DNA of 64,000 nucleotides from an uncultured virus (IMG/VR IMGVR_UViG_3300038312_000251) (taxonomy: Duplodnaviria; Heunggongvirae; Uroviricota; Caudoviricetes). Each line of letters begins with the position of its first letter. Position 1 is the stretch's first letter. The notes under the pieces were generated by a model. The model saw nothing but the letters and a program-made list of their open reading frames with translations, did not search any database and was not told the DNA's origin. Below are positions 48,050 to 58,930 of this stretch, in pieces. Where the stretch lies: IMG/VR virus record IMGVR_UViG_3300038312_000251; one strand, written 5' to 3'. A program made the position numbers and the translations under genes.

Positions 48050-49912
48050 TCATTGATTAACATAACGGCTTACATCTTTCTCCTTAACTACATACAATGT
48101 GTTTTCGTTGTTAAAGGATTCACTAACATTTTGGGTTATCACCAAAATAGTTATACCCATTTTTTCAAATATTTTGATGATATTTTCTTGACCTTTGCTA
48201 TCCATTCCATGAAAGCATTCGTCAAAACATAATAAATTTAATCCTTTGCCGTTTGTCGATAAGTTTATCAAATGCTGAATTCCAAGAACTCCTGCTAATG
48301 TTACACGCCCACGCTCACCACCTGATTTAGCAAGAAACGCTTCTGCCGTTACTCCATCGTTCAAAACAAAAATATCAATCTTTTCTCTTACGTCACCCGA
48401 TTTCAATACAGTAAATCCATTAATAAGTACAGATATGTCAACACCGAACTTCCTCAAATAACTATTGGTAATGCCTTCTATTATCTTAATTGATTTGTTC
48501 GCTAAATATGTCATAAATCCAGATTTACCCATATTGAATTGCCAAAACTTTATTGCTTCCATCTCTTCTGTTATAGGCAATAACTCTTTTGTGAGTTTAT
48601 TTATTTCTTCATCGCAATCAATAATTCTCTGATTTAAACTGTTAAGCAACTTATCATCCTTTTTTCGTTTTTTGATAGCTTTCTTTTCTTCTTTTAATTT
48701 ATGAATTTTTTCCTCAATATCTTTTTTGTCCTCAATCTTACGTCTCAATTTTCTTTCCAAAACATTTTTTTCTTCTTCAAGATTTTCCAACAATTCTTTT
48801 TTCTTTTCAGATTCATAAATTTTAACCTTTATTGATTTTAATTTATTACTTTTTATCTCAAGCCTTTTCCCCAATTTATTGATTTCTTTTTTTGTCTCTT
48901 CAATCAATATTTCCGCATCTTTAACAGATAAATCAAGCTCAGATTCATGTATAAATTCATGTTCACAATTGGGACATGTTATAGTGTCCTCAAGCTCCGC
49001 TTTTAATTTTCTTTCAATTCTACGATTTTCAGATAATTCAGTTTCAATGTCGTCACAATCGGTTTGATATTTTTTACGCTCTTGTTTCAATTCAGAAACA
49101 TCTTCAACTTCAATCTTACTTATCTCACCATCTTTACTTTTCACGCTCTTTTCAAAAGTTGATATCAATTTATCTACTTCAACCAAACTTTCTTCAGCTT
49201 CTTCTATTTTTTCATCCAGCTCTCTTAACTCTTCATCGCTATTATCATTAGCAAGCACTTCCTGCCTTTGCTCCTCAAGTAGCTCCTTCCTTTCAGATAA
49301 CTTACCTACCTCAGATTCAATAGTGCTGTATTCAGCATTCTTTTCCTTGTATCTAAAAGATAATTCTTCAATTACAGGATTTATCATATCAGCTGAAGTT
49401 ATGCGATTCATTATTTCTTTTTTCTCTACATCAGATGCGGTGAAAAAAGTGTAACGACTATCTTGACTGATGATAAAATATCTCAACAAATCCTCACGGC
49501 TTATTCCGATTAAATCAATAACTCTTTTATTAGCTTCGTTTACAGAAGTTATTTGTTTATTCAATTCACCGTTTTCCCAAATTTCAACCTTAACTGGTTT
49601 ACCGCTCCTGAAAAATGTCCGAACTATTTTCAATTTCATTTTCATAACAGGATTAAAAAGATGAAATACAATCTTACATTCTTCTTCATCTCTGTTAATG
49701 AAATTTTCTCTTTTTATGGCTCTTAAACTTTCATTCGTCAAAGCAATACTGATAGCTTCAAATAAAGTTGTTTTACCAGCTCCGTTATTCTCTAAACCTC
49801 TATCAGTTTCATTCTTTCCAAAAATAACCGTACAGGAATTGTTTTTAAACTCATAAATTGATTCTTTATGGGCAAACAAATTATAGATTTCTATTTTAAT
49901 TGGATTCCACAT
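48050..49912 (-). CDS. sbcC: SbcC/Rad50 (gp46-like) ATPase
   Basis: NGAGKT, CPNC zinc hook, coiled coils, SGGE, FDE. Confidence 0.9.
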   Translation of the reverse strand: MWNPIKIEIYNLFAHKESIYEFKNNSCTVIFGKNETDRGLENNGAGKTTLFEAISIALTNESLRAIKRENFINRDEEECKIVFHLFNPVMKMKLKIVRTFFRSGKPVKVEIWENGELNKQITSVNEANKRVIDLIGISREDLLRYFIISQDSRYTFFTASDVEKKEIMNRITSADMINPVIEELSFRYKEKNAEYSTIESEVGKLSERKELLEEQRQEVLANDNSDEELRELDEKIEEAEESLVEVDKLISTFEKSVKSKDGEISKIEVEDVSELKQERKKYQTDCDDIETELSENRRIERKLKAELEDTITCPNCEHEFIHESELDLSVKDAEILIEETKKEINKLGKRLEIKSNKLKSIKVKIYESEKKKELLENLEEEKNVLERKLRRKIEDKKDIEEKIHKLKEEKKAIKKRKKDDKLLNSLNQRIIDCDEEINKLTKELLPITEEMEAIKFWQFNMGKSGFMTYLANKSIKIIEGITNSYLRKFGVDISVLINGFTVLKSGDVREKIDIFVLNDGVTAEAFLAKSGGERGRVTLAGVLGIQHLINLSTNGKGLNLLCFDECFHGMDSKGQENIIKIFEKMGITILVITQNVSESFNNENTLYVVKEKDVSRYVNQ

Positions 49913-50996
49913 ACTTCATTTGTTTTATTAAATCAAAACCGTATTTGAATTTCATACCTTTTATTTCATTTTCAGAACAGAATTTTAAAAAATCTTTTGT
50001 TATAGTTTTTTTATCATAAGACAAAACACTGTCTGATTCGCTTATTTCAATAGCTTCAACGGATTCAGTTGATTCAAATTTGCAATCTATTCCGTATTTG
50101 CCTTGAATTTCAGCAATATTGATTTTTTGACAATCTGTCTTCTTACCTACAAAAACAAACCTGATATTATTTTCCGTTTCCCCCTCATACTTTTCTAAAA
50201 GATTCATCAAACTTTCTTTATCATCTGCTGCGATAATCTCTTTTATGTATTTCGGGAACTTACTTGGAACAAATTTTGTTGAACCGTCATCGAACATCAC
50301 TGTAAAGCCTTTATCGGTTATGTTTTCCCCATAATTATTTTGATAGGCTGAACCTGTATAAATAACGTTTTTTGCTAATTTAGATGCGTTATGATAATGT
50401 CCAATCAGAACCTTAGTCCAATTTTCAAATATTGAAGGTTTGATTATTGAAGAAACTTTTGAACCATCATTATTAACCACGCCATCAAATCCTGAATGTG
50501 TTATTAAAAATTTAGGCCAAGTGTCGTCAATATCTCCATCAATTAAATTAGTTTCAATTTGTTCAACGATTTTTTCATACTCTTCCAACCATTTCTCATC
50601 TTTGAAATAAGGTATAAAAGCAACGACACAACCGTCAATAAACTTACGACTACCAGAACGGTAAAGATTAACACAAGGCTCACTATAAACATCCAGATAA
50701 CTCTTTTCATCATCGCTATCTGTTTTATCATGATTTCCTGGAATGACATGTAATTCTATTTTGTTTTTTGTTAACAGTTGTAATATCTCTTTCCAATCAG
50801 TCAAACACTGTAACGGCTGTCCTGAACGATTAGTGAACACATCTCCGCCACAAAATATCCGCTTTGTTTTATATTCGTTACAAAGAACTACAAGCTGATT
50901 AAAAATATCTTTAACTAACTTTCCGTTGTCTTTGTCTAAATGAATATCGTTCACAAGCACACCCAGTGCTTTTTTACTATTTTTTCGCTCTACCAT
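49896..50996 (-). CDS. sbcD: SbcD/Mre11 (gp47-like) nuclease
   Basis: DIH, GGDVF, GNHD, GHYH, YTGS.YQ. Confidence 0.9.
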   Translation of the reverse strand: MVERKNSKKALGVLVNDIHLDKDNGKLVKDIFNQLVVLCNEYKTKRIFCGGDVFTNRSGQPLQCLTDWKEILQLLTKNKIELHVIPGNHDKTDSDDEKSYLDVYSEPCVNLYRSGSRKFIDGCVVAFIPYFKDEKWLEEYEKIVEQIETNLIDGDIDDTWPKFLITHSGFDGVVNNDGSKVSSIIKPSIFENWTKVLIGHYHNASKLAKNVIYTGSAYQNNYGENITDKGFTVMFDDGSTKFVPSKFPKYIKEIIAADDKESLMNLLEKYEGETENNIRFVFVGKKTDCQKINIAEIQGKYGIDCKFESTESVEAIEISESDSVLSYDKKTITKDFLKFCSENEIKGMKFKYGFDLIKQMKYVESN

Positions 50997-51717
50997 ATCT
51001 CCAACCTTTTTCTAAAAATTCGTCAGATTTTATAACTTTGGTTATCACGCCATTAGTTATGTAACGATTTCCTAAATTTGCATTTCTCAATTTTTGTTTT
51101 GTTTCTTTACCAACTTTCTTGCCTTTATGAGTTTCAGATATTTTCTTCAATCCTTTCTCAGAGTATTTTCTTTTTGTTTTGAGCATAGCTTCTTTAATAT
51201 GCTGCTTATGTTCATCAGAAAGTTTTTTACCCTTTTTAGCAATAGAAAGTTTTTTCTTGTGCTCATCAGACAATTTGCCTGTATTTTTACCAATCATTGA
51301 AGATGATTTCTTTCTTCTCGTTTCTTCATCCTCTTTGATACCGTATCTTGGATTTTTGCTTCCAATCTTACTTTGTCTTATTTTCTCTCTGACTTCTGGT
51401 AAGGAAGTAAAATATGTATCGCAATTCATACCGTTAGTTGAACCGCAAACTATATTATATCCAATCTTCGGGTCAGTTGAGTTATATTTCTTGGTGAATA
51501 TGTACTCCCAAACATTTAATAATTTCTTACTTGGTATATAATCTTTCAATATTTCTCTTTTGAAATTTTCTCTACCGTATTTTTCTATTGCCTTTAATAA
51601 TGTTGGGCCACTACCAATATACCAAGGGTCAAGAGTTTTCTCACTAAATATCTTGTGTTGACCTATGTAAATTTTACCAGTTATAAGACAAGTTGTTTTG
51701 TAAATAATTCCTCTCAT
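50977..51717 (-). CDS. GIY-YIG homing endonuclease with NUMOD3 repeats
   Basis: GIIYKTT...IYIGQH, YIGSG, LSDEHK repeats, YITNG...GWRYG. Confidence 0.9.
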   Translation of the reverse strand: MRGIIYKTTCLITGKIYIGQHKIFSEKTLDPWYIGSGPTLLKAIEKYGRENFKREILKDYIPSKKLLNVWEYIFTKKYNSTDPKIGYNIVCGSTNGMNCDTYFTSLPEVREKIRQSKIGSKNPRYGIKEDEETRRKKSSSMIGKNTGKLSDEHKKKLSIAKKGKKLSDEHKQHIKEAMLKTKRKYSEKGLKKISETHKGKKVGKETKQKLRNANLGNRYITNGVITKVIKSDEFLEKGWRYGRAKK

Positions 51718-51763
51718 ACAACAATTCTTTTCTTGTCTTATAACTGGTTTACTAATATGCCAA

Positions 51764-52153
51764 TTATGAATTTACACGAAACTCTATTTTCTTGTTTACA
51801 TCATCCAAAGTAACTGAATGAATCGTAAGGTCTCCCAACATATGACCCCAAATTCCCCACTTACCATTTGAACTATCTCTGTTGTATGAATTCTTAACTA
51901 ACTTTTCATTACCAGACATAGTTTCTTTCTCCTCTTTGTAAATTTGTCTATATTTATCACAAATTTGAAGAACCATAGCAAGTAAATTACGATTACTTGT
52001 TACTTTGAATTCGCACTTTTTCTTCAAAGGATAAGATATGATACAATCATATTTCTCACCTTCTTTAACCTTAGAAGCTATAAACATAGTTTCGACAAAC
52101 TTTTTATCAAAAGTTTGGGCATGTATTTCTAATGTATTAAAACACCTTTTCAT
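51764..52153 (-). CDS. hypothetical protein
   Basis: Y..IY.EE...G.WGIWGH..GDL motif. Confidence 0.7.
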   Translation of the reverse strand: MKRCFNTLEIHAQTFDKKFVETMFIASKVKEGEKYDCIISYPLKKKCEFKVTSNRNLLAMVLQICDKYRQIYKEEKETMSGNEKLVKNSYNRDSSNGKWGIWGHMLGDLTIHSVTLDDVNKKIEFRVNS

Positions 52154-52196
52154 AAATTCACATTTTCCTTATAAACGCTGTTAATCCTCTTTCATA

Positions 52197-53315
52197 TCAA
52201 TTTTCTTCTATACCTTTTTCAAGTGACTCTTTCAAAGCAACTAAATCACTTTGCATAGATTTTTTAATTTTGTTATGCAATACATTTAACAACTTATTAT
52301 GTTCCTGATAAAGTTTGAAGAACTCTCTCAAAGTACTCCAACATAATTTACCGTTCATAAAACTAACTTTTTTTGCTCCCTCTTTTTTCAAAATTCCCAT
52401 TTCAAGAGCATAATCAATATCTTCTTGTGAAAGAATGATTCCATAACCAAGCAATATTCTTATGTCAGTTTTCTTTCTACTTCCAAAATCATTTTTAACA
52501 ACTTTAACTTCAGAAATTTGAGAAACTTCTACATCATCAATTTTCTCATGCTGTTTAAGTTTCATAGATAAACGAATTGTAGGCATTAATTCAACCCACT
52601 CCCCCCCAGTGCTTTTTCTGGTAGTTATTCCCATCGTACTTTGTTCATATTGATGATTTAACATAACAAAGTGCATAGCGTGCGTGTACATTTCAGACAT
52701 TATAGACTTCGCAAACTTTTTAGCTTCTTTAGCAAAAGCCATCATCTTTTCATTTTTCAATGTAAAGTCTTCAACATCCTCTCCCTTTTGTAGATATTGT
52801 TCCATTTTTTTCGTATTCTCTTCCATGGTATCAAGCTCCGCTTTTGAAAGTGTAGCTCCAAGACTGTCCCACATAAAAAAGAATTTGGGTTTCATCTTCT
52901 CTGATTTCATTATTTCATCAGCATCCATGATTAGCTTTTTAACTTGCATAAACATGGCTTCTACATATTTAACCTTTATGATGATAATTCTATCAATAGG
53001 CAATCCAAGTTGTAAGGCATAATCTTTGTTATCACGATTTTCGCTGGAAAGTATAACCGCTATTCCATCATCAGGATTTTCTTTTAAAAAATATTTCATA
53101 GCCATTAATCCCAATGTGGTTTTACCGCTTCTGCTCTTTCCTGCAATCTCTATTATACCAGTTGGTAACCCGAATGTTCTCAGATTATAATCAAGTGAAG
53201 GACTGCCTGTATGTGCCCAACTTTTGACGTCCTTAAATCCATCTTTATCGGAAAACTTGATAACGTCCTCACTGTTAAATTTCTTAACGATTTTATCAAT
53301 TATATTTTTACTCAT
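52197..53315 (-). CDS. recA: RecA/UvsX recombinase
   Basis: TGS..LD, G.IEIAGKSRSGKTT, WDSLG, NHQY, GG, KVVKN. Confidence 0.85.
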   Translation of the reverse strand: MSKNIIDKIVKKFNSEDVIKFSDKDGFKDVKSWAHTGSPSLDYNLRTFGLPTGIIEIAGKSRSGKTTLGLMAMKYFLKENPDDGIAVILSSENRDNKDYALQLGLPIDRIIIIKVKYVEAMFMQVKKLIMDADEIMKSEKMKPKFFFMWDSLGATLSKAELDTMEENTKKMEQYLQKGEDVEDFTLKNEKMMAFAKEAKKFAKSIMSEMYTHAMHFVMLNHQYEQSTMGITTRKSTGGEWVELMPTIRLSMKLKQHEKIDDVEVSQISEVKVVKNDFGSRKKTDIRILLGYGIILSQEDIDYALEMGILKKEGAKKVSFMNGKLCWSTLREFFKLYQEHNKLLNVLHNKIKKSMQSDLVALKESLEKGIEEN

Positions 53316-53332
53316 AATTATTTATTAATTAA

Positions 53333-53370
53333 AAAAATAAGCCAATGATATATTTCAACCACTGGCTTAT
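53333..53370 (-). terminator. intrinsic terminator
   Basis: ATAAGCCA...TGGCTTAT stem followed by a U-run on the minus strand. Confidence 0.6.
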
Positions 53371-53393
53371 CAAGTTTATTATTTTGAATCAGA

Positions 53394-54623
53394 TTATTTC
53401 TTGCCTGCCAGCTTCTTCTTAATGTCACTTAAAGAAACTTTGGCTTTCGGTTTTTCATCTTCTTCTTCATCTTCGTCATCTTCTTCAGGCTCTTCATCCA
53501 TTGCTTCACGGATTGCTTCACGGATATCATCGTCAGACATGGACTTCTTCACCGAAACTTCCAATTCATTTTCACGGATATATTTTTTCAATCCGTTACG
53601 GTCAAGCTCATCAAGCTCATCTTCTTCCGCTTCATCTTCTTCGTCATCCTCTTCAGCTTCTTCTTCGTCATCCTCTTCAGCTTCTTCTTCGTCATCCTCT
53701 TCAGGCTCTTCTTTTTTGACTACTTTTTTGGAAGTTTTCTTTTTGCTTTTCGGCTTTTCTTCGTCCTCTTCATCTGATTCATATTGAGCTTTAATTTCTT
53801 CTACGTGTTCAAGCCAATCTTCATCTTCAAACAAACCGATTTCATTTTCATCGTCAAAATTCTGTAACCCCTCAAGTGCCTTTTCAAAATCTCTCATCTC
53901 ATATTTATAGATGACTTCAGAAAGTGGCTTCATGGTCAAAAAATGTTCAATTTCCTCATCAGACAAAGGTCTTGCCGTCACTTTTTTCGGAAACGAAACA
54001 TCGTAATAATTTTCACCCTTTTTCTTGTTAGGATTTTTCATGTACTTAACCATAACTGGCAAGCCTTCATCAACATCGGTGAAAGGGTCAACCTCAATCA
54101 CATCGTCCTCATCTTCTGAAAAAGCAAGTTTATTCAAAAGGTCACGAACCATCTTTTTGAACTCCCACAACTTTGGACGCAATTGGTCGTCACCAGAAAC
54201 TTTATCTGCATAACAAAGCCAAGAATATTGAGGATTCAAGCTGTTTGAATTCATTCCTGTTCCTACCAACGCTTCTAATTTATCTGCGTCTTTTGCCCAT
54301 TTCTTTTTAGCATAATTCACATATTCTTCAACCAAATCCCATTTTGTTCCACCGTGAACTTTTGAATCAAGAACAGTTGTACGCCTTGGGTCTCCATCGT
54401 TTCCGCTAACAGTGAGCCAATAACATTTCTTTGGAACGTAAAAATCTTCATTTCCTGGATGAGCAGGGAAAATGCGAATTTTCAAAGTCTTGCCGTCTTC
54501 CAAATTCAAATATTCGTTACTTGCGTAAGCTCCGATAATTTCATTATCTTCATCTACACGCTTTTTAAGTTTTTTAAGTGGAGTTGCTTTTAACTGACTC
54601 CTCAAATCATTTTTCTTTGCCAT
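53394..54623 (-). CDS. single-stranded DNA-binding protein (gp32-like) with long acidic tail
   Basis: L.DG....IRIFP, DPFTD.D.G, Y.V; position between UvsY-like and RecA genes; start MAKKND at 54623. Confidence 0.65.
   Translation of the reverse strand: MAKKNDLRSQLKATPLKKLKKRVDEDNEIIGAYASNEYLNLEDGKTLKIRIFPAHPGNEDFYVPKKCYWLTVSGNDGDPRRTTVLDSKVHGGTKWDLVEEYVNYAKKKWAKDADKLEALVGTGMNSNSLNPQYSWLCYADKVSGDDQLRPKLWEFKKMVRDLLNKLAFSEDEDDVIEVDPFTDVDEGLPVMVKYMKNPNKKKGENYYDVSFPKKVTARPLSDEEIEHFLTMKPLSEVIYKYEMRDFEKALEGLQNFDDENEIGLFEDEDWLEHVEEIKAQYESDEEDEEKPKSKKKTSKKVVKKEEPEEDDEEEAEEDDEEEAEEDDEEDEAEEDELDELDRNGLKKYIRENELEVSVKKSMSDDDIREAIREAMDEEPEEDDEDEEEDEKPKAKVSLSDIKKKLAGKK
53635..53704. repeat. 24-nt tandem repeat (~3 copies) encoding AEEDDEEE
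   Basis: unit TCTTCTTCGTCATCCTCTTCAGCT; the same unit recurs near 62790. Confidence 0.8.
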
Positions 54624-54642
54624 AATAATTACAATTTTATTG

Positions 54643-55164
54643 TTAATCAATCAGTTTTTTCGTTCTTTTTATTAAAACGTTGTTAATCCTACCTTCAATA
54701 ACGCTATCAGATAAATCACTGGATTGAACCGACAGAGAAAGTTTATCAAGTTTCTCCGATTTATCTTTTGCTGACCAAAAGATTGAATTGATATAATCTC
54801 TTGTCTTTTGAGCTTCGTTATATTTTTTTCGCATCACTTGATACGATTTACTACTAATCATAGCATTATTTAACGCTTCGACAGTTGGATTTTTCCCGCC
54901 ATTTTGGTCAGCAAGTTCAGTCCTCAATTTCTCCTTAGTTTTAGCTTCAAAAACTTCCAAATTCAATTTAGCTTCGGCAACTTGCGATTCAGCTTCAGCA
55001 AGTAAATGTCCAAACCTATTTACAATCACTGGGAATGTTATCATTTCTCCGATTAAATTGGAATAATCAATCTTCAATAAAGAATCAATATCCATTTCAT
55101 CATCGAAGTTATCAAACAAAAGTTTATAGGTCTTTTGTCCCACTTGAATAATTTTCTTTTCCAT
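54643..55164 (-). CDS. UvsY-like recombination mediator
   Basis: helical protein, LKID..NL..E, K.PTVE.L; next to SSB and RecA. Confidence 0.55.
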   Translation of the reverse strand: MEKKIIQVGQKTYKLLFDNFDDEMDIDSLLKIDYSNLIGEMITFPVIVNRFGHLLAEAESQVAEAKLNLEVFEAKTKEKLRTELADQNGGKNPTVEALNNAMISSKSYQVMRKKYNEAQKTRDYINSIFWSAKDKSEKLDKLSLSVQSSDLSDSVIEGRINNVLIKRTKKLID

Positions 55165-55165
55165 T

Positions 55166-55450
55166 TTATTCTTTTTTATCGTTTTCCAAAATATGTATGC
55201 CGATAACCGCATAACCTATAATATCACGCAAAGTGTCTTCAAGGCTTTCAAAATTAGCTTTTTCTCCTTTCATCTGTTTTTCAACAAGACTTCTAAACCT
55301 ACGTGCTTTGTCCCAAATGTGAACCATGTTACCATTGATTCCTAAATCAAATGAAGCTCCGCCATAATCAGCGTTTTTCTTTACCAGAATTTCTGCTACT
55401 AAATTTAAAACTTCATCTACACTCTCTTTTGTCATTTTTATTTCTGCCAT
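55166..55450 (-). CDS. DUF1599 / nucleotide-modification-associated domain protein
   Basis: KKNADYG, DK..R, ESLEDTL.DIIGYA. Confidence 0.8.
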   Translation of the reverse strand: MAEIKMTKESVDEVLNLVAEILVKKNADYGGASFDLGINGNMVHIWDKARRFRSLVEKQMKGEKANFESLEDTLRDIIGYAVIGIHILENDKKE

Positions 55451-55452
55451 AA

Positions 55453-56022
55453 CTATTTGAATAAATTATCTATTATTGTTTCAAAAGTGAAATTTATTCC
55501 GAACCTATTCATCAATATTTTTTCACTTTCAATTCTTTTTATTTCTATGTTTTGCCAACAATACTCTCTTTCTGTTTCAAACGTTTTAACGCCCATGGCT
55601 TCATTTCTTGATATGAAAGTGTAAAGTCCAATCCAGTCGCATAATTTACAAAACGTCTTAACATCTCTGTCTTCAAAACTATTAAACAAATAATCCAACC
55701 CTAATTTTTGTAAACTGTGTCCCACAAATTCATCAAGCGTTTCTCGAATATCAGAACCGTTGAATTCATTATATTTAACAACGTGACTTATATCCCTACC
55801 TAAAATCGATTCATCAAAATCGTGTAGAATGGAATATTCAACGCATTTCAATTTAAACTCTATGAATTGAGATGGAAAATCTTTAACTTTTTCCAATAGA
55901 AAAACGCATATTGCAGATACTTTAAACGAATGCTGAGAAACGCTTTCTTTGATAACGCTATCTCTTTCTTCCCACTGTCTAATATTATCAAGTGATACAA
56001 TTTTATTTACAAACTCTTTCAT
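55453..56022 (-). CDS. HD-domain phosphohydrolase (YfbR-like deoxynucleotidase)
   Basis: R.W...ESVSQHS, LHD..E...DI...VK, KLCD. Confidence 0.85.
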   Translation of the reverse strand: MKEFVNKIVSLDNIRQWEERDSVIKESVSQHSFKVSAICVFLLEKVKDFPSQFIEFKLKCVEYSILHDFDESILGRDISHVVKYNEFNGSDIRETLDEFVGHSLQKLGLDYLFNSFEDRDVKTFCKLCDWIGLYTFISRNEAMGVKTFETEREYCWQNIEIKRIESEKILMNRFGINFTFETIIDNLFK

Positions 56023-56027
56023 TACAA

Positions 56028-58127
56028 TTACCCTTTCTTATTTCTCCACTCTTCAAACTTAGTGGTTTTTGTTTTATATTCAGATACGATATATAACTTT
56101 GTTTTACTGGTACTCATCAATTTCTTTTCATTTTTAAATTTATCATTCTCAACAATTCCGTTTATGGCCACGATACATCCTTTTAAATTAGCAATTTCTT
56201 CATCAATTTTTTCAAAAGCGTCAGGCCACATTAAAACAGGAATAATTGTGTTATTACAATCTATATTCAAAGTGCACATTGTTCCGCTCTTTATGGATTT
56301 TTCCCTATAATAAATTAATTTACCAGCAACCGTTACTTCTGTTTTAATTCTGGTGGACAAAAATTCATTATCATTAACATATAACTTAGCAACCCTTTTG
56401 TTAGGTATAGCATCACGTATCATACTTTCATAATCTACTTCACCAAATCCAGTTAAACGCTTCTGTTCAATAATCCAAAAAGCATTAGTTTTTGAATCTT
56501 CAATGTTATATTCTTCAGGCAGCGTATCACCTCTGGTTTCAAGATATTTTATCAACAACTTTCTCCTATCTCTCGGATTAGTTATATTTTCAATCAAATC
56601 AAACGCTCCAGAAATTATAAGGTACTTTATAACACTTTTATTCACTTTTGAAGGTACTCTATTAACAAACTCTTCCAAGCTAAAGAATTTGCCTCCATTA
56701 TGCCTTGTTTCCATAATATTTTTCACCGCCACTTCTCCAACTCCTTTAATCTTCGTCAAACTGAAGAATATTCTCTGCTCTTTATGGTCACATGTGAAAT
56801 TTATATCGGAAAAATTAACATCTGGTGGACGTACTTCAATTTCAACACCTGTTTTTTTCAATTCCGCTAAACGGTATGGAACTTCTGCCTCTCTTGAAAA
56901 TTGAAAAGCAGTTGTCCAAAATTCTAATGGATAATTAACTTTAAACCATTGACTCCAATAAGACATAATTGAATAAGCGGCAGCATGAGATTTATTAAAA
57001 CCATATCCAGAAAAAGCAAGTAATTTATCCCAAACCGTTTTTGCGTAATTTTCTGAATCATCAATATCATTTTTCTTTAATAATTCAGCATAACCTTTTT
57101 TAAACTTTTCGCCATATGAACTCAAGGTCTTCATATCCTTTTTCTTGATAGTGGTACGAAGTATATCAGATTCAACTTCTGTCAAACCGCCTACCACAAC
57201 TGCTTTCATAATTTGCTCCTGATAAACATACAATGAAAACGTTTCTTTGGTTATTTCTTCCATCCCAAAATCATAATCAGGTTTTTTCTTACCGTTTTTT
57301 ATATCAGCAAAATCACTATGAGCGTTGACTTCCATTGGGCCAGGTCTGAATAATGCGGTCATAGCAATAAGCTCTTCAAGCGTATCAGGTTTAACTTGCC
57401 TGCAATAGTTCATTAATCCAGTTGTTCCAAACTGGAAAACGTCTTCATTCCAACCTCTCTTAAAATACCTAAATGTTTCTGGGTCATCTAATGGAATTTT
57501 ATTAACGTCAATTTTTTTGTTATAATTTCGCTCTATTAAATTCAATATGCTTTTAAACTTATCAAGCTGTGAAAGCCCCAAAATGTCTTCTTTTAAAAAA
57601 CCTGATTTATCAATATATTTACCTTCCCACTCCGAAACTAAAACTCCATCAATTTTTTTAACAGGCATCCATTCCCAAAGGTCTATTGGTTTATTTTTAC
57701 CATCAATAGTAAATTTAGGAACTATAACCAAAGCTGATGGATGAACTGATTCCGCTTTGGGTTGTAATAAAGCATATTTTGTTAAATGAACAATATCTGG
57801 ATAATCTTGAACAAACTTGAACAAAAACTTAGATTTTGTAGCGTATTCAATCAAATCTCCCCAAGTGTAATCAATTTGGTCATCAATATCCTTTGTTAAT
57901 TTATTCGTAAAGTCAAATGAAAGTCCTTTTTCTTTTCCAAAATCTTTTATACAAGTTTTCAATTTCATTCTGGTGTAAGTACCAATAGAACATGTATAAT
58001 CATATCCGTACTTCATTTTTACATATTCTTTAACAGCATCCCTATATTCTGTTGGAAAGTCCACATCGATGTCTGGCATCATATCGCTGCGAAATTTTTT
58101 CGTCTTTTCTAAACTTAATACTCTCAT
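56028..58127 (-). CDS. dnaE: DNA polymerase III alpha, C-terminal fragment (palm, fingers, HhH, OB)
   Basis: MPDIDVDF, H.SA, K.DILGL, VFQF, RPGP, YQEQIM, YGFNKSHA; ATG 58127 overlaps the HEG stop. Confidence 0.9.
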   Translation of the reverse strand: MRVLSLEKTKKFRSDMMPDIDVDFPTEYRDAVKEYVKMKYGYDYTCSIGTYTRMKLKTCIKDFGKEKGLSFDFTNKLTKDIDDQIDYTWGDLIEYATKSKFLFKFVQDYPDIVHLTKYALLQPKAESVHPSALVIVPKFTIDGKNKPIDLWEWMPVKKIDGVLVSEWEGKYIDKSGFLKEDILGLSQLDKFKSILNLIERNYNKKIDVNKIPLDDPETFRYFKRGWNEDVFQFGTTGLMNYCRQVKPDTLEELIAMTALFRPGPMEVNAHSDFADIKNGKKKPDYDFGMEEITKETFSLYVYQEQIMKAVVVGGLTEVESDILRTTIKKKDMKTLSSYGEKFKKGYAELLKKNDIDDSENYAKTVWDKLLAFSGYGFNKSHAAAYSIMSYWSQWFKVNYPLEFWTTAFQFSREAEVPYRLAELKKTGVEIEVRPPDVNFSDINFTCDHKEQRIFFSLTKIKGVGEVAVKNIMETRHNGGKFFSLEEFVNRVPSKVNKSVIKYLIISGAFDLIENITNPRDRRKLLIKYLETRGDTLPEEYNIEDSKTNAFWIIEQKRLTGFGEVDYESMIRDAIPNKRVAKLYVNDNEFLSTRIKTEVTVAGKLIYYREKSIKSGTMCTLNIDCNNTIIPVLMWPDAFEKIDEEIANLKGCIVAINGIVENDKFKNEKKLMSTSKTKLYIVSEYKTKTTKFEEWRNKKG

Positions 58128-58930
58128 ATTTTTCTCTTTTTCATACCGTACCAAAACCCAATAGGCAATTTATCATCGCTATCTATGGTTGTGTTAACTA
58201 TGCCGTTAGTTATTCTCTTTTTATTAAACATGGGATTATTTTCTTTTACAGAATGATTAGAAATTTTTAATTTTTGTTTCAATTTTCTCTTTTGTTCATC
58301 ATTCCATTTGTTGCCGTAATTTGGATTATTTTCTCCATAATACCTACCTTTCATTTTTTCAGATTGTTTCCGTTTTTGTTCTTCAGTCCAAAAATTACCA
58401 AAATTTGGATTTTTATTTCCAATGTATCTACCTTTTAATGTTACAGATATTTTTTTCTTGTAATCTGAATTATTTAATTTATACAATCTTTTTTCTTCAA
58501 TTTTTCTCCTTTTTTCAGGATTGTCTTGATTCCATTTTTTAACAGATTTACCACATTTAGCCGCAACATTTGGGTCTTTCATAGGACTTCCTGAACCGAA
58601 ATTATTAGCAGTTCCCCAAAGTATGTTACATCCTCCTTTCTTGTAAAAATAATGAGATTCTTCTTTCTTTATATAATACTCTTCCATTTTATCAAGAACT
58701 CGTTGAGAACAAGGTCTTTGATATAAAACTTCTCTCTTTATCAACTTTCTCCAACAAGTAGGAAAGTCTAATTTAAGCCTTGTGATAAAATCTGTCCAAA
58801 TAGCTCCGCTGCCTGGATAAGTATCAAAATCATCTAACCCAAAGTGTTGTCCTACATAGAATGGCTTATGTCCGTCAAACTTATATTTTGCTATGATAGT
58901 GAATTTGTAAATTATTCCTATTTGTTTCAT
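58124..58930 (-). CDS. GIY-YIG-like homing endonuclease with NUMOD3 repeats, inserted between the dnaE halves
   Basis: GIIYKF...[27 protein letters not shown]...P.GF.YG. Confidence 0.85.
   Translation of the reverse strand: MKQIGIIYKFTIIAKYKFDGHKPFYVGQHFGLDDFDTYPGSGAIWTDFITRLKLDFPTCWRKLIKREVLYQRPCSQRVLDKMEEYYIKKEESHYFYKKGGCNILWGTANNFGSGSPMKDPNVAAKCGKSVKKWNQDNPEKRRKIEEKRLYKLNNSDYKKKISVTLKGRYIGNKNPNFGNFWTEEQKRKQSEKMKGRYYGENNPNYGNKWNDEQKRKLKQKLKISNHSVKENNPMFNKKRITNGIVNTTIDSDDKLPIGFWYGMKKRKI

Noticed and set aside
55166..56022. Z-genome (diaminopurine) pathway suggested by the HD hydrolase
   Set aside because: No PurZ/PurA-like gene in the window; the neighbouring TS-family gene points to pyrimidine modification
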